Assembly: GCA_963822585.1 (NCBI GenBank)
Contig: CAWGIE010000019.1
Span: 1-64,000, forward strand
Origin: an uncultured bacterium
Lineage (GTDB): Bacteria > Auribacterota > Erginobacteria > Erginobacterales > Erginobacteraceae
Reading direction: 5' to 3'
Length of the DNA: 64,000 bases
The translations under genes and the position numbers were made by a program. This document shows, one piece after another, positions 50,801 through 60,434 of this stretch. The notes below the pieces were generated by a model. It had not been told where the DNA came from, ran no database searches, and saw only the letters and a program-made list of their open reading frames with translations. Numbering within the stretch: the first letter of the stretch is position 1; every line of letters begins with the position of its first letter.

Positions 50801-51166
50801 GACCGGCTCCTCTCTTTCTTCTGGCTGACCCGGGAGGACCTGAAACGGGCCGCGGACGATCCGGACACCACCGGCCGGGTGGAAAATTCGCTCGGCGAAG
50901 TGGAGCAAGAGATCCCGGTCTATGTCACACTGAAGGAAACCCCGTTTATCTGGGGCGGCGGGCGGACGGAAATGGTACCGGTGGTACAGTGCGAGCGGTT
51001 ATGGGGGGAGATGAGCCGGCTGCCGGGCCTTCCCACCGGCTTCATCGCCGTCGCCCGGAACCGGGGGCGCCAGCTGAAGGACCCCCATACCCTCGACAAC
51101 TGGATCCGGGACGGCGCCCGGGACTACCTGGCGGGGATCACTTTTTTCCCTGATGTCGGGAAGTAA
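47810..51166 (+). CDS. GHMP sugar kinase-like plus UDPGP-type nucleotidyltransferase fusion
   Basis: PPGSRMAVS, GGWQD and GGQAGGG kinase motifs; GAGLGSRW, PPGHW, HNADTLG in the C-terminal domain. Confidence 0.78.
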   Translation: METNPIIETITSQDASLRNRTAEELLDGKPFSWLLDRAKELERFLKDCSNLYQRVRACLFLFALYRFYLPAARKTSGRGFIPHSAARQMLSRNWAAAIRLLRPALKLGAADIVLSALAEAYYRLAFSYLLDQIHDSISRAPGNEWLYRLTSIDNYPLRVPDELAESGPDTGLHPLGYDCCPVRIDPCHSGWSDIFFLAMDYPEGARVINLSVDIARQGTGAPRPPIECYSRVIDRAAIRLVSLDLGIVRNITTTTDLFDFGLDRLGLLKAGVIAAGIVPPAFKDNRLAVLKILRRMLGRGRGIELVTRVRDLPPGSRMAVSTTLLAAIITRLMRQTGQITSPEGELSDKERRLVASRAILGEWLGGSGGGWQDSGALWPGIKLIEGVPARNGDPEYGISRGRLLPEYRVIPPEELPPRLDEILRESVVLVHGGLARDVGPVLELVTDKYLLRYRREWEARVRESGYFDRIVAAIRRGDMAALGAATTEDWERGTKRIIPWATDAYTEELIARVRERWGDDYRGFLMLGGQAGGGMAFIFNPAVHRDVVGNLEQLMGEVKRRYERALPFAMEPAIFDFTLNNTGIRGELRREGDALLPEDYYRLILSDPSFRPEAKMQIPPAPEVERARRRYGLAGSGPEATPAGGGGREEAAAGFGEPVPPALLRRFGFDAELHARNRKLYREGEIGLARNRLPEECLIEDAGPEDVTPVPREGSAIFRECRKRGEEAIREGKAAVVTFGAGLGSRWAGGADMVKLLNPFLMMEGRHRSFLEIHLAKTAKTGRDFDRPLQHALTTSFLTHDPIAETLSRTGNFGSPGPVYLSPSRSIIQRLCPREDDLREFWKPRLRLIHDPEQRKIARQRVERLVRWAAALGPGEDFNGNVPRKRFYPPGHWYEIPGLIRNGTLGKMIIDNPGLNYLLVHNADTLGASLDPLLLGLHILKEKTLSFEVVPRFWGDRGGFLARIDGDPRIIEAGCLPREEDEFLFSYYNSLTTWITIDRLLSFFWLTREDLKRAADDPDTTGRVENSLGEVEQEIPVYVTLKETPFIWGGGRTEMVPVVQCERLWGEMSRLPGLPTGFIAVARNRGRQLKDPHTLDNWIRDGARDYLAGITFFPDVGK

Positions 51167-51196
51167 ATCCCTTCCCTGTCTGACTTGTCCGACACG

Positions 51197-51982
51197 TCAG
51201 ACATGTCGGACCTCGCCGGTCCCGCCGATCGGCCGGGTACCGGTGCAATCGGGATAGGCGGAGCAGCCCCAGAACGGCTGCCCGGTGCGAGGGCCACTGC
51301 GGGCAGTCCGCCTGACCATCGGCTTCCCGCAGCGGGGACAGGAAGGCCGGCTCTCCCTGTCAGACCTGTCCGACCCGTCTGACATTTGCCGGGCCGCGGA
51401 ACGCTTCCGATAAAGCCGTTCGGTAAAACCGCCCTGCTCGATAAAATCCCGCTCCAGTTTCTCGATCTGGCGCTTGAGCAGGTAAATCGCCTGGTTGATC
51501 AGACAGATGAGCGTGTTGGCGGCCACCTCGGGCTCGGCAGTCGCAATGCCATAAGGGTCTGACCTGTCGGACGCGTCGGACGTGTCGGACCGGTATCTTC
51601 CCCGAACAGCCAGCGCCGGGGCCGAGTTCTTCTCCCAGAGGGGGAGGCGCCGCTGCCGCAAAAAATCTTCATAATCGAGCAGGAGCTCTTCCAGACTCGC
51701 TTTGGCCACGTTGGTCAGTTTGAGCTCCATCTTCTTCGAGGTCGCCGAGGCCATGCTGCCCTCGGCGATGTTCTGGCGGCCGCTGCGGGCGGCCTGGACC
51801 ATCTGATCGTGGGTGCGGGAGCGCTTCTCGATAAAGCGGTCGCAGAAGATAACGGTGCCGTCATAAATCAGTTCCGTCGTTTGAAAGCTTCTCAGCTTGC
51901 GGTAACCGCCGTGGAGCGGGAGGAGGCGGGACTGGGTTGGGTCGGACATGTCGGACTTGTCGGACCTGTCGGACTGATTCAT
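51197..51982 (-). CDS. Four-helix-bundle suffix protein with topoisomerase-type C4 Zn finger
   Basis: QMVQAARSG.QNIAEG, SLEELL.DY; CPRCG...FWGCS.YP.C. Confidence 0.9.
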   Translation of the reverse strand: MNQSDRSDKSDMSDPTQSRLLPLHGGYRKLRSFQTTELIYDGTVIFCDRFIEKRSRTHDQMVQAARSGRQNIAEGSMASATSKKMELKLTNVAKASLEELLLDYEDFLRQRRLPLWEKNSAPALAVRGRYRSDTSDASDRSDPYGIATAEPEVAANTLICLINQAIYLLKRQIEKLERDFIEQGGFTERLYRKRSAARQMSDGSDRSDRESRPSCPRCGKPMVRRTARSGPRTGQPFWGCSAYPDCTGTRPIGGTGEVRHV

Positions 51983-52007
51983 ATCATAACCTCTCAGTCT
52001 CTGACAT

Positions 52008-52883
52008 TTAATGACGCGTGACGGCGCGGTAGAAAAGACTCTGGGCGCCTTCTTTGAGATAGCGAAATCGCGTGGTCAGCAGGCAGCCCTGCCGGAATGA
52101 ACCGCAGACCTCGTGAATGGGGGTGCCGAGGACGGTGACCTCCGGCGCGCCGAACAGCTCTTCCGCCAGCCGGTAGGAATTCATCTCTTTAGTATCGATA
52201 CCCATCACCGCCGCCGCCACCGCGTCCACGGCCAGGATGTTCTCTCCCCCGATCACCACGCCGGCATTGACCGGGGTGGACTGGATCTCGTCGAACTCGT
52301 TCCCCCAGACCCCATCCACCAGGCAGAAATCGCTCCGGACGATCTGGTTCATGTCCAGGACCGCCTGGCGGATAAAAGGATGATACATGAGCTTCTGCTT
52401 CCGGGTGGGGATGAAGCCGAAGATGTTCTTCAGGCAGAGCGTCACCCCGGCCAGGGAATGAGTCTTCAGCTTGGCGATATTGACCAGGTAGTCGTGATCG
52501 AATATCTCGGCGGCGAAGGGCATCTCGGCCGTGTGAAAGGGCCGGGGGATCGACTCCCAGACCTGTTCCGACTCCCGCATGTCCACGAGTTTGAGCTGGG
52601 GGTAGTCCTTCTTCAGTTCCTCGTATCCCAGCTCAATGAAGGAGCGTTCCGTCTTGCTGCAGGACTCGCCGATGGTGATAACCGGGCAATCGACCAGCCT
52701 CTCCAGGACCGCCCGGACCAGGCCGATGTCCACCCCCATGCCCTCGCGGGAGGGACGGCACCCGGTCAGGTTGGGCTTGATGAAGACCCGGCGGCCGGTG
52801 ACCCGGAAGCCGAGAGCGTCCAGGACTTCGCAGGCGCCCCGGTAGGGATCCTGCGTTCTGGCTATATATACTTTTTCGTTCAT
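52008..52883 (-). CDS. DUF362 Fe-S protein
   Basis: IKPNL, KLKTH, CLKN.FG, VDAV. Confidence 0.87.
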   Translation of the reverse strand: MNEKVYIARTQDPYRGACEVLDALGFRVTGRRVFIKPNLTGCRPSREGMGVDIGLVRAVLERLVDCPVITIGESCSKTERSFIELGYEELKKDYPQLKLVDMRESEQVWESIPRPFHTAEMPFAAEIFDHDYLVNIAKLKTHSLAGVTLCLKNIFGFIPTRKQKLMYHPFIRQAVLDMNQIVRSDFCLVDGVWGNEFDEIQSTPVNAGVVIGGENILAVDAVAAAVMGIDTKEMNSYRLAEELFGAPEVTVLGTPIHEVCGSFRQGCLLTTRFRYLKEGAQSLFYRAVTRH

Positions 52884-52977
52884 TGTTTTTTTTCTTTCCT
52901 GTACTATACTTCCATCATAATTCATATGTATCACTATTCAATCGATCCAGCCACTTAAAAACGCAAGGAAGGGAAAA

Positions 52978-54822
52978 ATGGCCAAGTTCTCACTCACCTA
53001 CCCATCGGATAACGTCTGGAGAGAACCGACCGGGAAGAAACTCGATATAAAACACGTCGATGAGCCGAGTCTCTTCCGGGACCTCTTCCCTTACACCGAG
53101 GTTCCCCGGATACCTTTCGACGGGGTTACCATCCCCCTGGATCCGCCGCCGGAGTTGACAATCACCTGTACCACCTTCCGGGACGGACAGCAGGCCCGGC
53201 CGCCTTACAACGTCAGCCAGATCGTCGCCATCTACGATTTCCTCCACCGCCTGGGCGGCCCCAACGGGGTCATCCGGCAGTGCGAGTTTTTCCTCTATTC
53301 CAACAAGGACCAGGAGGCGGTCAGGAAGTGCCTGGAAAGAGGATACCGGTACCCGGAAGTGACCGGCTGGATCCGCGCGGTAGAGAAAGACTTCCAGCTG
53401 GTCCGGGAGATGGGCTTGAAAGAGACCGGGATCCTGACCTCGGCCTCCGATTACCACATCTTCCTCAAGCTCAACTCCACCCGCGAGAAAGCGATGGAGA
53501 AATATCTGGCGCTGGTCGACGCCGCCCTCGCCAACGGGATCATCCCCCGCTGCCACCTGGAGGATATCACCCGGGCCGATATCTACGGTTTCATTATCCC
53601 CTTCGCCCAGAAGCTGATGGAGCGGGCCGCGGAAGCGAAATCAAAAGTCAAGATCCGTCTCTGCGACACGATGGGGTACGGCGTCCCCTGGGCGCAGGCG
53701 GCCCTGCCCCGCGGCGTGCCCAAGCTGGTCCGGGCGCTGACCAAGGAGGCGGGTGTCCCCCGGGAATGGCTGGAATGGCACGGCCACAACGATTTCTACC
53801 TGGCCACCGCCAATGCCGTCGCCGCCTGGCTCTTCGGATGCTCCGGCCTCAACGCCACCGTCCTCGGTTTCGGGGAACGAACGGGAAATACGCCGATCGA
53901 AGTCGCCTGCGTCACCTACGCGGAGATCACGGGATCCACCAACGGGATGGAACTGCCGGTGATCACCGAGCTGGCGGAGTATTTCAAAGAAGATATCCAC
54001 TACCGAATCCCTCATAACACGCCCCTGGTCGGACGGGATTTCAATATCACCCGGGCCGGTATTCACGCCGATGGCGCGATCAAGAACGAGGAGATTTACA
54101 ATATTTTCGATACCGGGAAACTCCTGAAGCGGCCGCCGTCGATTTCATTAACCGACAAGTCCGGCATCTCCGGCATCCTCTACTGGATCCAGACCCAAAC
54201 CGACCTGCGGACCGACAAGCTCAACAAGAACCATCCCGGCGTCGTCAACCTCCGGGACTGGGTGGATGAACTCTACCAGGACGGCCGGACAACGGCCATC
54301 TCATCGGACGAGATGATCTTCCAGGTCAAGAAGCATCTCCCCCACCTCTTTAAGTCGGAGTTCGACCGGATCCGGGACCGGGTGGCGGCGATCGCCCTCG
54401 ACCTGGTCACCGCGATGGTCACCAACCCGGCCATACGCTCGATGGATCCGGCCCGACAGGAGCCGGTTCTGGAGGAGTACATCGTCAAGGACCCGTTCAT
54501 CAAGTACCTCTACATTACCGACACCAACGGGATCAAGGTGACGCGGAACGTCGTTCATCCGTATGACAAGGCCAAGTACGATCGGGAGTTCGAGCTCCAC
54601 CAGGACTTCTCGGACCGGAACTGGTTTGTCAACCCGATGAAGGACGGGCAGGCGTATATAACCGACTTCTACATCTCCCGCTTCGACGGGGTGCTCTGCA
54701 TCACCGTTTCCGCTCCGATCCGGGACGAACGGGAAGAGATCGTCGGTGTCCTGGGGGCGGACGTCCGTTTCGAAGACGCCGCCAAACTGGAGGAAGAGGA
54801 ACATACCAAGCATGAAGAATGA
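52978..54822 (+). CDS. Re-citrate synthase-like DRE-TIM metallolyase with C-terminal Cache domain
   Basis: TTFRDGQQ, HGHNDF, GERTGN, AGIHADG; DR.WF...Y.S...CITVS.PI...VGVLGAD tail; next to IDH. Confidence 0.82.
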   Translation: MAKFSLTYPSDNVWREPTGKKLDIKHVDEPSLFRDLFPYTEVPRIPFDGVTIPLDPPPELTITCTTFRDGQQARPPYNVSQIVAIYDFLHRLGGPNGVIRQCEFFLYSNKDQEAVRKCLERGYRYPEVTGWIRAVEKDFQLVREMGLKETGILTSASDYHIFLKLNSTREKAMEKYLALVDAALANGIIPRCHLEDITRADIYGFIIPFAQKLMERAAEAKSKVKIRLCDTMGYGVPWAQAALPRGVPKLVRALTKEAGVPREWLEWHGHNDFYLATANAVAAWLFGCSGLNATVLGFGERTGNTPIEVACVTYAEITGSTNGMELPVITELAEYFKEDIHYRIPHNTPLVGRDFNITRAGIHADGAIKNEEIYNIFDTGKLLKRPPSISLTDKSGISGILYWIQTQTDLRTDKLNKNHPGVVNLRDWVDELYQDGRTTAISSDEMIFQVKKHLPHLFKSEFDRIRDRVAAIALDLVTAMVTNPAIRSMDPARQEPVLEEYIVKDPFIKYLYITDTNGIKVTRNVVHPYDKAKYDREFELHQDFSDRNWFVNPMKDGQAYITDFYISRFDGVLCITVSAPIRDEREEIVGVLGADVRFEDAAKLEEEEHTKHEE

Positions 54823-56023
54823 CCGCAAGATCATCGAGAACGCCCGGCAACGGTTTGAACGGATCCTGGAGTCGCAGCTGGCCCGGGTGGAGCGTCTTCA
54901 GGCCGCGCCTGACTGGATCGACTACCGGTCCCTGAAGCCGCTCCGGATCGGGATCATCGGCGGGGACGGGATCGGCCCCATCATCTCCCGCCAGGCCCAG
55001 CGGGTGCTGGAGATCTGCCTGGAAACGGAACTGCAAGAAGGTTCGGTCTGTTTCCGCTTCATCGAAGGGCTGACGATAGAGAACCGGGCCGCGGCCGGCA
55101 AAGCCATCCCCGACGATATCCTGGAAGAGATCAGGCAATGTCCCATCCTCCTGAAAGGGCCGACCACGACCCCCCGGAAAGGCGACCCCTGGCCGAATAT
55201 CGAGAGCGCCAACGTGGCCATGCGCAAAGAGCTCGATCTCTTCGCCAATGTCCGCCCGGTCCGGGTCCCCGCGCTGGGGATCGACTGGACCTTCTTCCGG
55301 GAGAACACCGAGGGAGCCTACATCCTGGGCAGTGAGGGCTTCAAGGTGACCGACGACCTGGCCGTCGACTTTAAAGTCATCACGGCCCCCGGCTCCGAGC
55401 GGATCATCCGGCTCGCCTTCGAATACGCCCGCAAGAACGGGATCAACCGGGTCACCGCCGTCACCAAGGCCAACGTGATCAAGACCACGGACGGGCTTTT
55501 TCTCGACACCTTCACCACCATTGCCGGGCACTACCCGGAGATCGAGGCTGACGACTGGTACATCGATATCATGACCGCCAAGCTGCTCGATCCTCACCGG
55601 CGGACCCAGTTCAAGGTCTTCGTCATGCCCAACCTGTACGGAGACATCCTCACCGATGAAGCGGCCCAGATCCAGGGCGGCGTCGGCACCGCCGGCAGCG
55701 CCAACATCGGCCGCCGCTACGCGATGTTCGAGGCCATCCACGGGAGCGCGCCCCGAATGGTCAAAGAGGGACGGGAACAGTTCGCCGATCCTTTCAGCAT
55801 GATCCGGGCCGCCGCCATGCTCCTGAAGCAGATCGGCTTGCCGGACCGGGCCCGGAAACTCGAGATGGCTCTCGATATCTGCGGCCAGTATGAGAAGGAG
55901 CTGACGATCACCGGGAGAAAGGGCGGCGCCACCGCCCAAGAGATCACGGACTACCTGCTGACGACGATGGCCGGTCCGGATCTGGAAAAGAGGTGGAGTA
56001 CCTTCTCGCGGGAGGCAGGCTGA
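54812..56023 (+). CDS. icd: Isocitrate/isopropylmalate dehydrogenase family protein, probably IDH
   Basis: GDGIGP, KGPTTTP, RENTEG, NLYGDI, EAIHGSAP. Confidence 0.82.
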   Translation: MKNDRKIIENARQRFERILESQLARVERLQAAPDWIDYRSLKPLRIGIIGGDGIGPIISRQAQRVLEICLETELQEGSVCFRFIEGLTIENRAAAGKAIPDDILEEIRQCPILLKGPTTTPRKGDPWPNIESANVAMRKELDLFANVRPVRVPALGIDWTFFRENTEGAYILGSEGFKVTDDLAVDFKVITAPGSERIIRLAFEYARKNGINRVTAVTKANVIKTTDGLFLDTFTTIAGHYPEIEADDWYIDIMTAKLLDPHRRTQFKVFVMPNLYGDILTDEAAQIQGGVGTAGSANIGRRYAMFEAIHGSAPRMVKEGREQFADPFSMIRAAAMLLKQIGLPDRARKLEMALDICGQYEKELTITGRKGGATAQEITDYLLTTMAGPDLEKRWSTFSREAG

Positions 56024-56154
56024 ACGTCGAACGTCCAACGTTCAACGTCCAACGTCCAACGAAAATGAACATGGACGAATTGCTGAAGCAGGCGAAGCGG
56101 GAGACAGGCTGAACATCGAACGTCGAACGTCCAACATCGAACGTCGAACGAGAA

Positions 56155-57474
56155 ATGAACAAGGACGAACTGCTGAAGCGGGCGGAGCAGCCGGCGCGGG
56201 ACGCCCTCAAGCTCCATCCTTATTACCGCGGAAAGATCGAGGTCGTCCCCAAATGCCGGGTCAGTTCCACGGATGACTTCGCCATCTGGTATACCCCCGG
56301 CGTCGCCGCCCCCTGCTCCGCGATCCATAAAAATCCCGCCCTGGTCTATGACTATACCAACAAGTGGAACACGGTCGCCGTCGTCACCGACGGTTCCCGC
56401 GTTCTCGGTCTGGGCGATATCGGCCCGGAGGCGGCGCTTCCCACCATGGAAGGGAAGGCGCTCCTCTTCAAATACCTGGGAGGGGTGGACGCTTTTCCGC
56501 TCTGTCTCGACACCGGGGATCCGGAAAAAATCATCGAGACCGTCAAGATCCTGCAGCCCTCCTTCGGCGGGATCAACCTGGAGGACATCGCCCAGCCCAA
56601 ATGCTTCACCATCCTGGAGCGGCTCCGGAAAGAATGCCGGATCCCGGTCTGGCACGACGATCAGCAGGGAACCGCCGCCGTCACCCTGGCCGGGCTGATC
56701 AACGCCCTCGAGATCGTCGGCAAGGAGATGGGCCGGGTCCGGATCGTCCTGGTCGGGGCGGGCGCGGCCAATATCTGCATCGCCCGGATGATCATGGCCG
56801 CCGGGGCGGACCCGGGACGGTTGATTATCTGCGACAGCCGGGGAACCCTCCACAAAGGCCGGGAGGAACTGCAGGAGACTCATCCACAGAAATGGGAGAT
56901 GTGCCGGCGAACCAACCCGGAGGGGCTGCGGGGAGATCCCGGAGACGCCCTGAAAAATGCCGATGTTCTGATCGCCCTCTCCCGGCCGGGTCCGGACACG
57001 ATCAAGAAAGAATGGATCGCGGAGATGGCCCGCGATCCGATCTGTTTTCTCTGCGCCAACCCGGTCCCCGAACTCTGGCCCTGGGAAGCGAAAGAGGCGG
57101 GGGCGCGCATCGTCGCCACCGGGAGAAGCGATTTCCCCAACCAGGTCAACAACTCCCTCGGGTTCCCCGGCATCTTCCGGGGCGCCCTCGACGTCCGGGC
57201 ATCGACCATCACCGACGAGATGTGCATCGCCGCCGCCCGGGAACTGGCGGACTGTGCCCGGGATCGGGGCCTGAACGAGGGATACCTCATCCCCACCATG
57301 GACGACTGGGAAGTCTATCCCCGGATCGCGGTGGCGGTGGGCATGAAGGCCGTCGAACAGGGACTGGCCGCCCTCCCGCTTTCCCGGGAGGAGCTGGCCG
57401 AGACCGCGAAGAACATCATTAAGCGGGCCCGGAAAGAAGCCGAGGTTTTAATGAGGGAAGGAATTATTCCGTAA
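56155..57474 (+). CDS. NAD(P)-dependent malic enzyme
   Basis: YTPGVA, MEGKA, INLEDI, HDDQQGT, GRSDFPNQVNN. Confidence 0.93.
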   Translation: MNKDELLKRAEQPARDALKLHPYYRGKIEVVPKCRVSSTDDFAIWYTPGVAAPCSAIHKNPALVYDYTNKWNTVAVVTDGSRVLGLGDIGPEAALPTMEGKALLFKYLGGVDAFPLCLDTGDPEKIIETVKILQPSFGGINLEDIAQPKCFTILERLRKECRIPVWHDDQQGTAAVTLAGLINALEIVGKEMGRVRIVLVGAGAANICIARMIMAAGADPGRLIICDSRGTLHKGREELQETHPQKWEMCRRTNPEGLRGDPGDALKNADVLIALSRPGPDTIKKEWIAEMARDPICFLCANPVPELWPWEAKEAGARIVATGRSDFPNQVNNSLGFPGIFRGALDVRASTITDEMCIAAARELADCARDRGLNEGYLIPTMDDWEVYPRIAVAVGMKAVEQGLAALPLSREELAETAKNIIKRARKEAEVLMREGIIP

Positions 57475-57763
57475 ATTTTTACAGGACAAAGGCACGATCA
57501 CGATTTCAATCGGGCTTAAATCTCAAATCACAAGCACCAAATAACAAATAAATCCCAAATTCCAATATCGAAATTCGAAACAAATATGCCCGGACATAGG
57601 TAATTACTCAGTCCTGATTGTAACGCCTGCGCTATTTCATGGGGCGGTTTAATAAGTCCGGGCAGTACCGGGCGAGTTTGTGATTTGGAATTTGTTATTT
57701 TGAATTTATTTGTTATTTGGGATTTGTTATTTGGAATTTGATTTTTATTTGCCTGATTATTAG

Positions 57764-58618
57764 ATGAGTAATGATATGCGGACAATATCCACTGCTGCCA
57801 TCACCGAAACAATCGCCCGTCTCTGCCGGGAAGCCAACTGCCGGCAGAACGACGATCTGACAGCGGCGCTCCGCCAGGCCCGGGGGCAGGAAGAATCCCC
57901 CGATGGCCGGGAGGTGCTCGACGAACTGCTGGAGAACGTGGCGCTGGCGGCGGCCAACGACGCCCCCCTCTGCCAGGACACCGGCACCGCCGTCGTCTTC
58001 CTCGAGATGGGACAGGATCTGCACATCACCGGGGGCGATCTGGAAGAAGCCGTCGAAGAGGGCGTCCGGAAAGGATACCGGGAGGGGTACCTCCGGTGTT
58101 CCATCGTTTCCGATCCCCTGAGGCGGCGCAACACCGGGGACAACACTCCGGCCGTGATTCATACCCGGATCGTGCCGGGTGACCGGCTGACGATCATCCT
58201 CGCCGCCAAAGGGGCCGGAAGCGAAAACATGTCGGCCGTCCGGATGATGACGCCGGCCGCGGGGAAGGAAGAGATCATCGCTTTCGTGGCCGATCTGGTG
58301 AATAAAGCGGGGGCGAACGCCTGTCCCCCTGTTATCGCGGGGATCGGCCTGGGGGGGAACTTCGAGACGGCTCCCCTCCTGGCCAAGAAAGCGCTTCTCA
58401 CCCCGATCGGAGAGAGGCACCCCGATCCTTTCTACGCGGAGATGGAAGAAGCGGTGATCGAGGAACTCAACCGGACCGGGATCGGCCCCGGGGGGGTGGG
58501 CGGCCGGATGACCTGTCTGGACTGCCATATCCTGACCTTCCCCTGTCATATCGCCAGCCTCCCGGTCGCCGTCAACCTTGACTGCTGCGCGACCCGGCAC
58601 AAGACCGCTGTGCTCTGA
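57764..58618 (+). CDS. Class I fumarate hydratase/tartrate dehydratase alpha subunit
   Basis: CQDTG, NTGDNTP, KGAGSEN, ACPP, HIASLP. Confidence 0.9.
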   Translation: MSNDMRTISTAAITETIARLCREANCRQNDDLTAALRQARGQEESPDGREVLDELLENVALAAANDAPLCQDTGTAVVFLEMGQDLHITGGDLEEAVEEGVRKGYREGYLRCSIVSDPLRRRNTGDNTPAVIHTRIVPGDRLTIILAAKGAGSENMSAVRMMTPAAGKEEIIAFVADLVNKAGANACPPVIAGIGLGGNFETAPLLAKKALLTPIGERHPDPFYAEMEEAVIEELNRTGIGPGGVGGRMTCLDCHILTFPCHIASLPVAVNLDCCATRHKTAVL

Positions 58619-58721
58619 AACAAAAACAAGGAGTAATGGAGTACTGGAGTGATGCATCCCCGGCGGCAGGCAGGCTCCCCAATACCCCATTACTCCACCA
58701 CTCCATTATTCCAGCATTCTT

Positions 58722-60376
58722 ATGCATAATGACCGAATAATAACCGATTTCCTGGTCATCGGCAGCGGACTGGCCGGGTTGAGCTTCTCGCTGAAGGCGG
58801 CCGGCGCCGGCTCGATCGCCCTGGTGACCAAGCAGGACATCGCCGAGTCCAGCAGCCGCTATGCCCAGGGCGGCATCGCCGCCGTCACCGACCGCGACGA
58901 TTCCTTCCAAGACCACATCCGGGACACCCTCCGGGCCGGCGACGGTCTCTGCCGCCCCGGGGTGGTCGAACTGGTGGTGAACAGCGCTCCCGAAAGGATC
59001 AGGGAACTTATCGAGCTCGGGGTGCGATTCACCCGCCGCCGTAAAAACCGGATGGAGTATGACCTGGGCCGCGAGGGAGGACACTCCCGGCGGCGCGTCC
59101 TCCACGCCGCCGATCAGACCGGGGCCGAGATCGAAAAATGCCTGGCCGAGGCCGTCCTCAATGATCCCCGCATAAAGGTCTTTGAATACCACATCGCGGT
59201 CAACCTGATCACCGTTTCCCAACCGGACGGCGGAAGAAGGTGCTGGGGGGCATACGTCCTCAATACCCGGACGGGGAAGGTCAAGACCTTTCTGGCCCGA
59301 ACCACCATCCTGGCCACCGGGGGCGCCGCCAAGGTCTATCTCTACACCAGCAACCCCGATACTACCGCCGGAGACGGCGTGGCCATGGCTTACCGGGCCG
59401 GGGCGACCGTCGCCAACATGGAGTTCATGCAGTTTCATCCCACCTGTCTCTTTCACCCGGAAGCGAAGTCGTTCCTGATCTCGGAAGCGGTCCGGGGCGA
59501 GGGCGGCATCCTGAAGACCGTGGCCGGGAAACCCTTCATGCACCGGTATCACCCGATGAAAAGCCTGGCTCCCCGCGACGTCACCGCCCGCGCGATCGAC
59601 TTTGAAATGAAGAAGAGCGGGGACGACTACGTTCTGCTCGACATCACCCACCAGCCGGCGCCGTTCATCAGGAAACGGTTCCCCCACATATACCGGGAGT
59701 GCCGCAGATTCGGCATCGACATGACGAAAACGCCGATCCCCGTCGTCCCGGCCGCCCATTACTCCTGCGGCGGGGTCCGGACGGATACCCGGGGCCGGAC
59801 CACCGTGCCGGGGCTGCTGGCGATCGGCGAGGTCGCCTGCACCGGTCTCCACGGGGCCAACCGCCTGGCCAGCAACTCGCTGCTGGAGGCGCTGGTCTTC
59901 GCCGAACGGGCGGCAGCCCTGGTCCGGGAGGAGCCGCCGCCGGAGCGGCAGGCCGATTCCCCGGGTCCCCGCCTGGAAGATCGGCCACGCGGTGGACGCC
60001 AACGAGGCGATCATGGTTTCCCACAACTGGGACGAGATCCGGCGGTTGATGTGGAACTACGTGGGGATCGTCCGCTCGGACAAGCGGCTGGCCCGGGCCC
60101 GGCGGCGGATCCGCAACCTCCTTAAAGAGATCAACCAGTATTACTGGGATTTCATCATCACCGCCGACCTGATCGAACTGAGGAATATCGCCACCGTCGC
60201 CGATCTGATCATCACCTCGGCCATGAAGAGGAAAGGAAAGCCGGGGGCTCCATTTCAGCCTCGACTACCCCGAGAAAAACGACCGGAAATTCCGGAAAGA
60301 CACGGTATTAAGACTACGGCGTAAAAATATCAAGAAGACCAGCGTTTCACCACGAAGAAACAAAAAAGAAAAATGA
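58722..60376 (+). CDS. nadB: L-aspartate oxidase, frameshifts near 59950 and 60232
   Basis: [42 protein letters not shown] and ESRGLH tails in shifted frames. Confidence 0.88.
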
Positions 60377-60434
60377 ATTAATATATTTCATCCGTGTCTA
60401 TACTTGCTGAAACATCATCATTCTTTCCAGACCG

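Noticed and set aside
48929..50908. 659-aa antisense ORF and similar long shadow ORFs (2807-3910, 14784-16016, 31852-32970, 54701-56038, 58572-60026)
   Set aside because: They lie opposite well-supported genes and have no recognisable motifs; typical of GC-rich codon bias.
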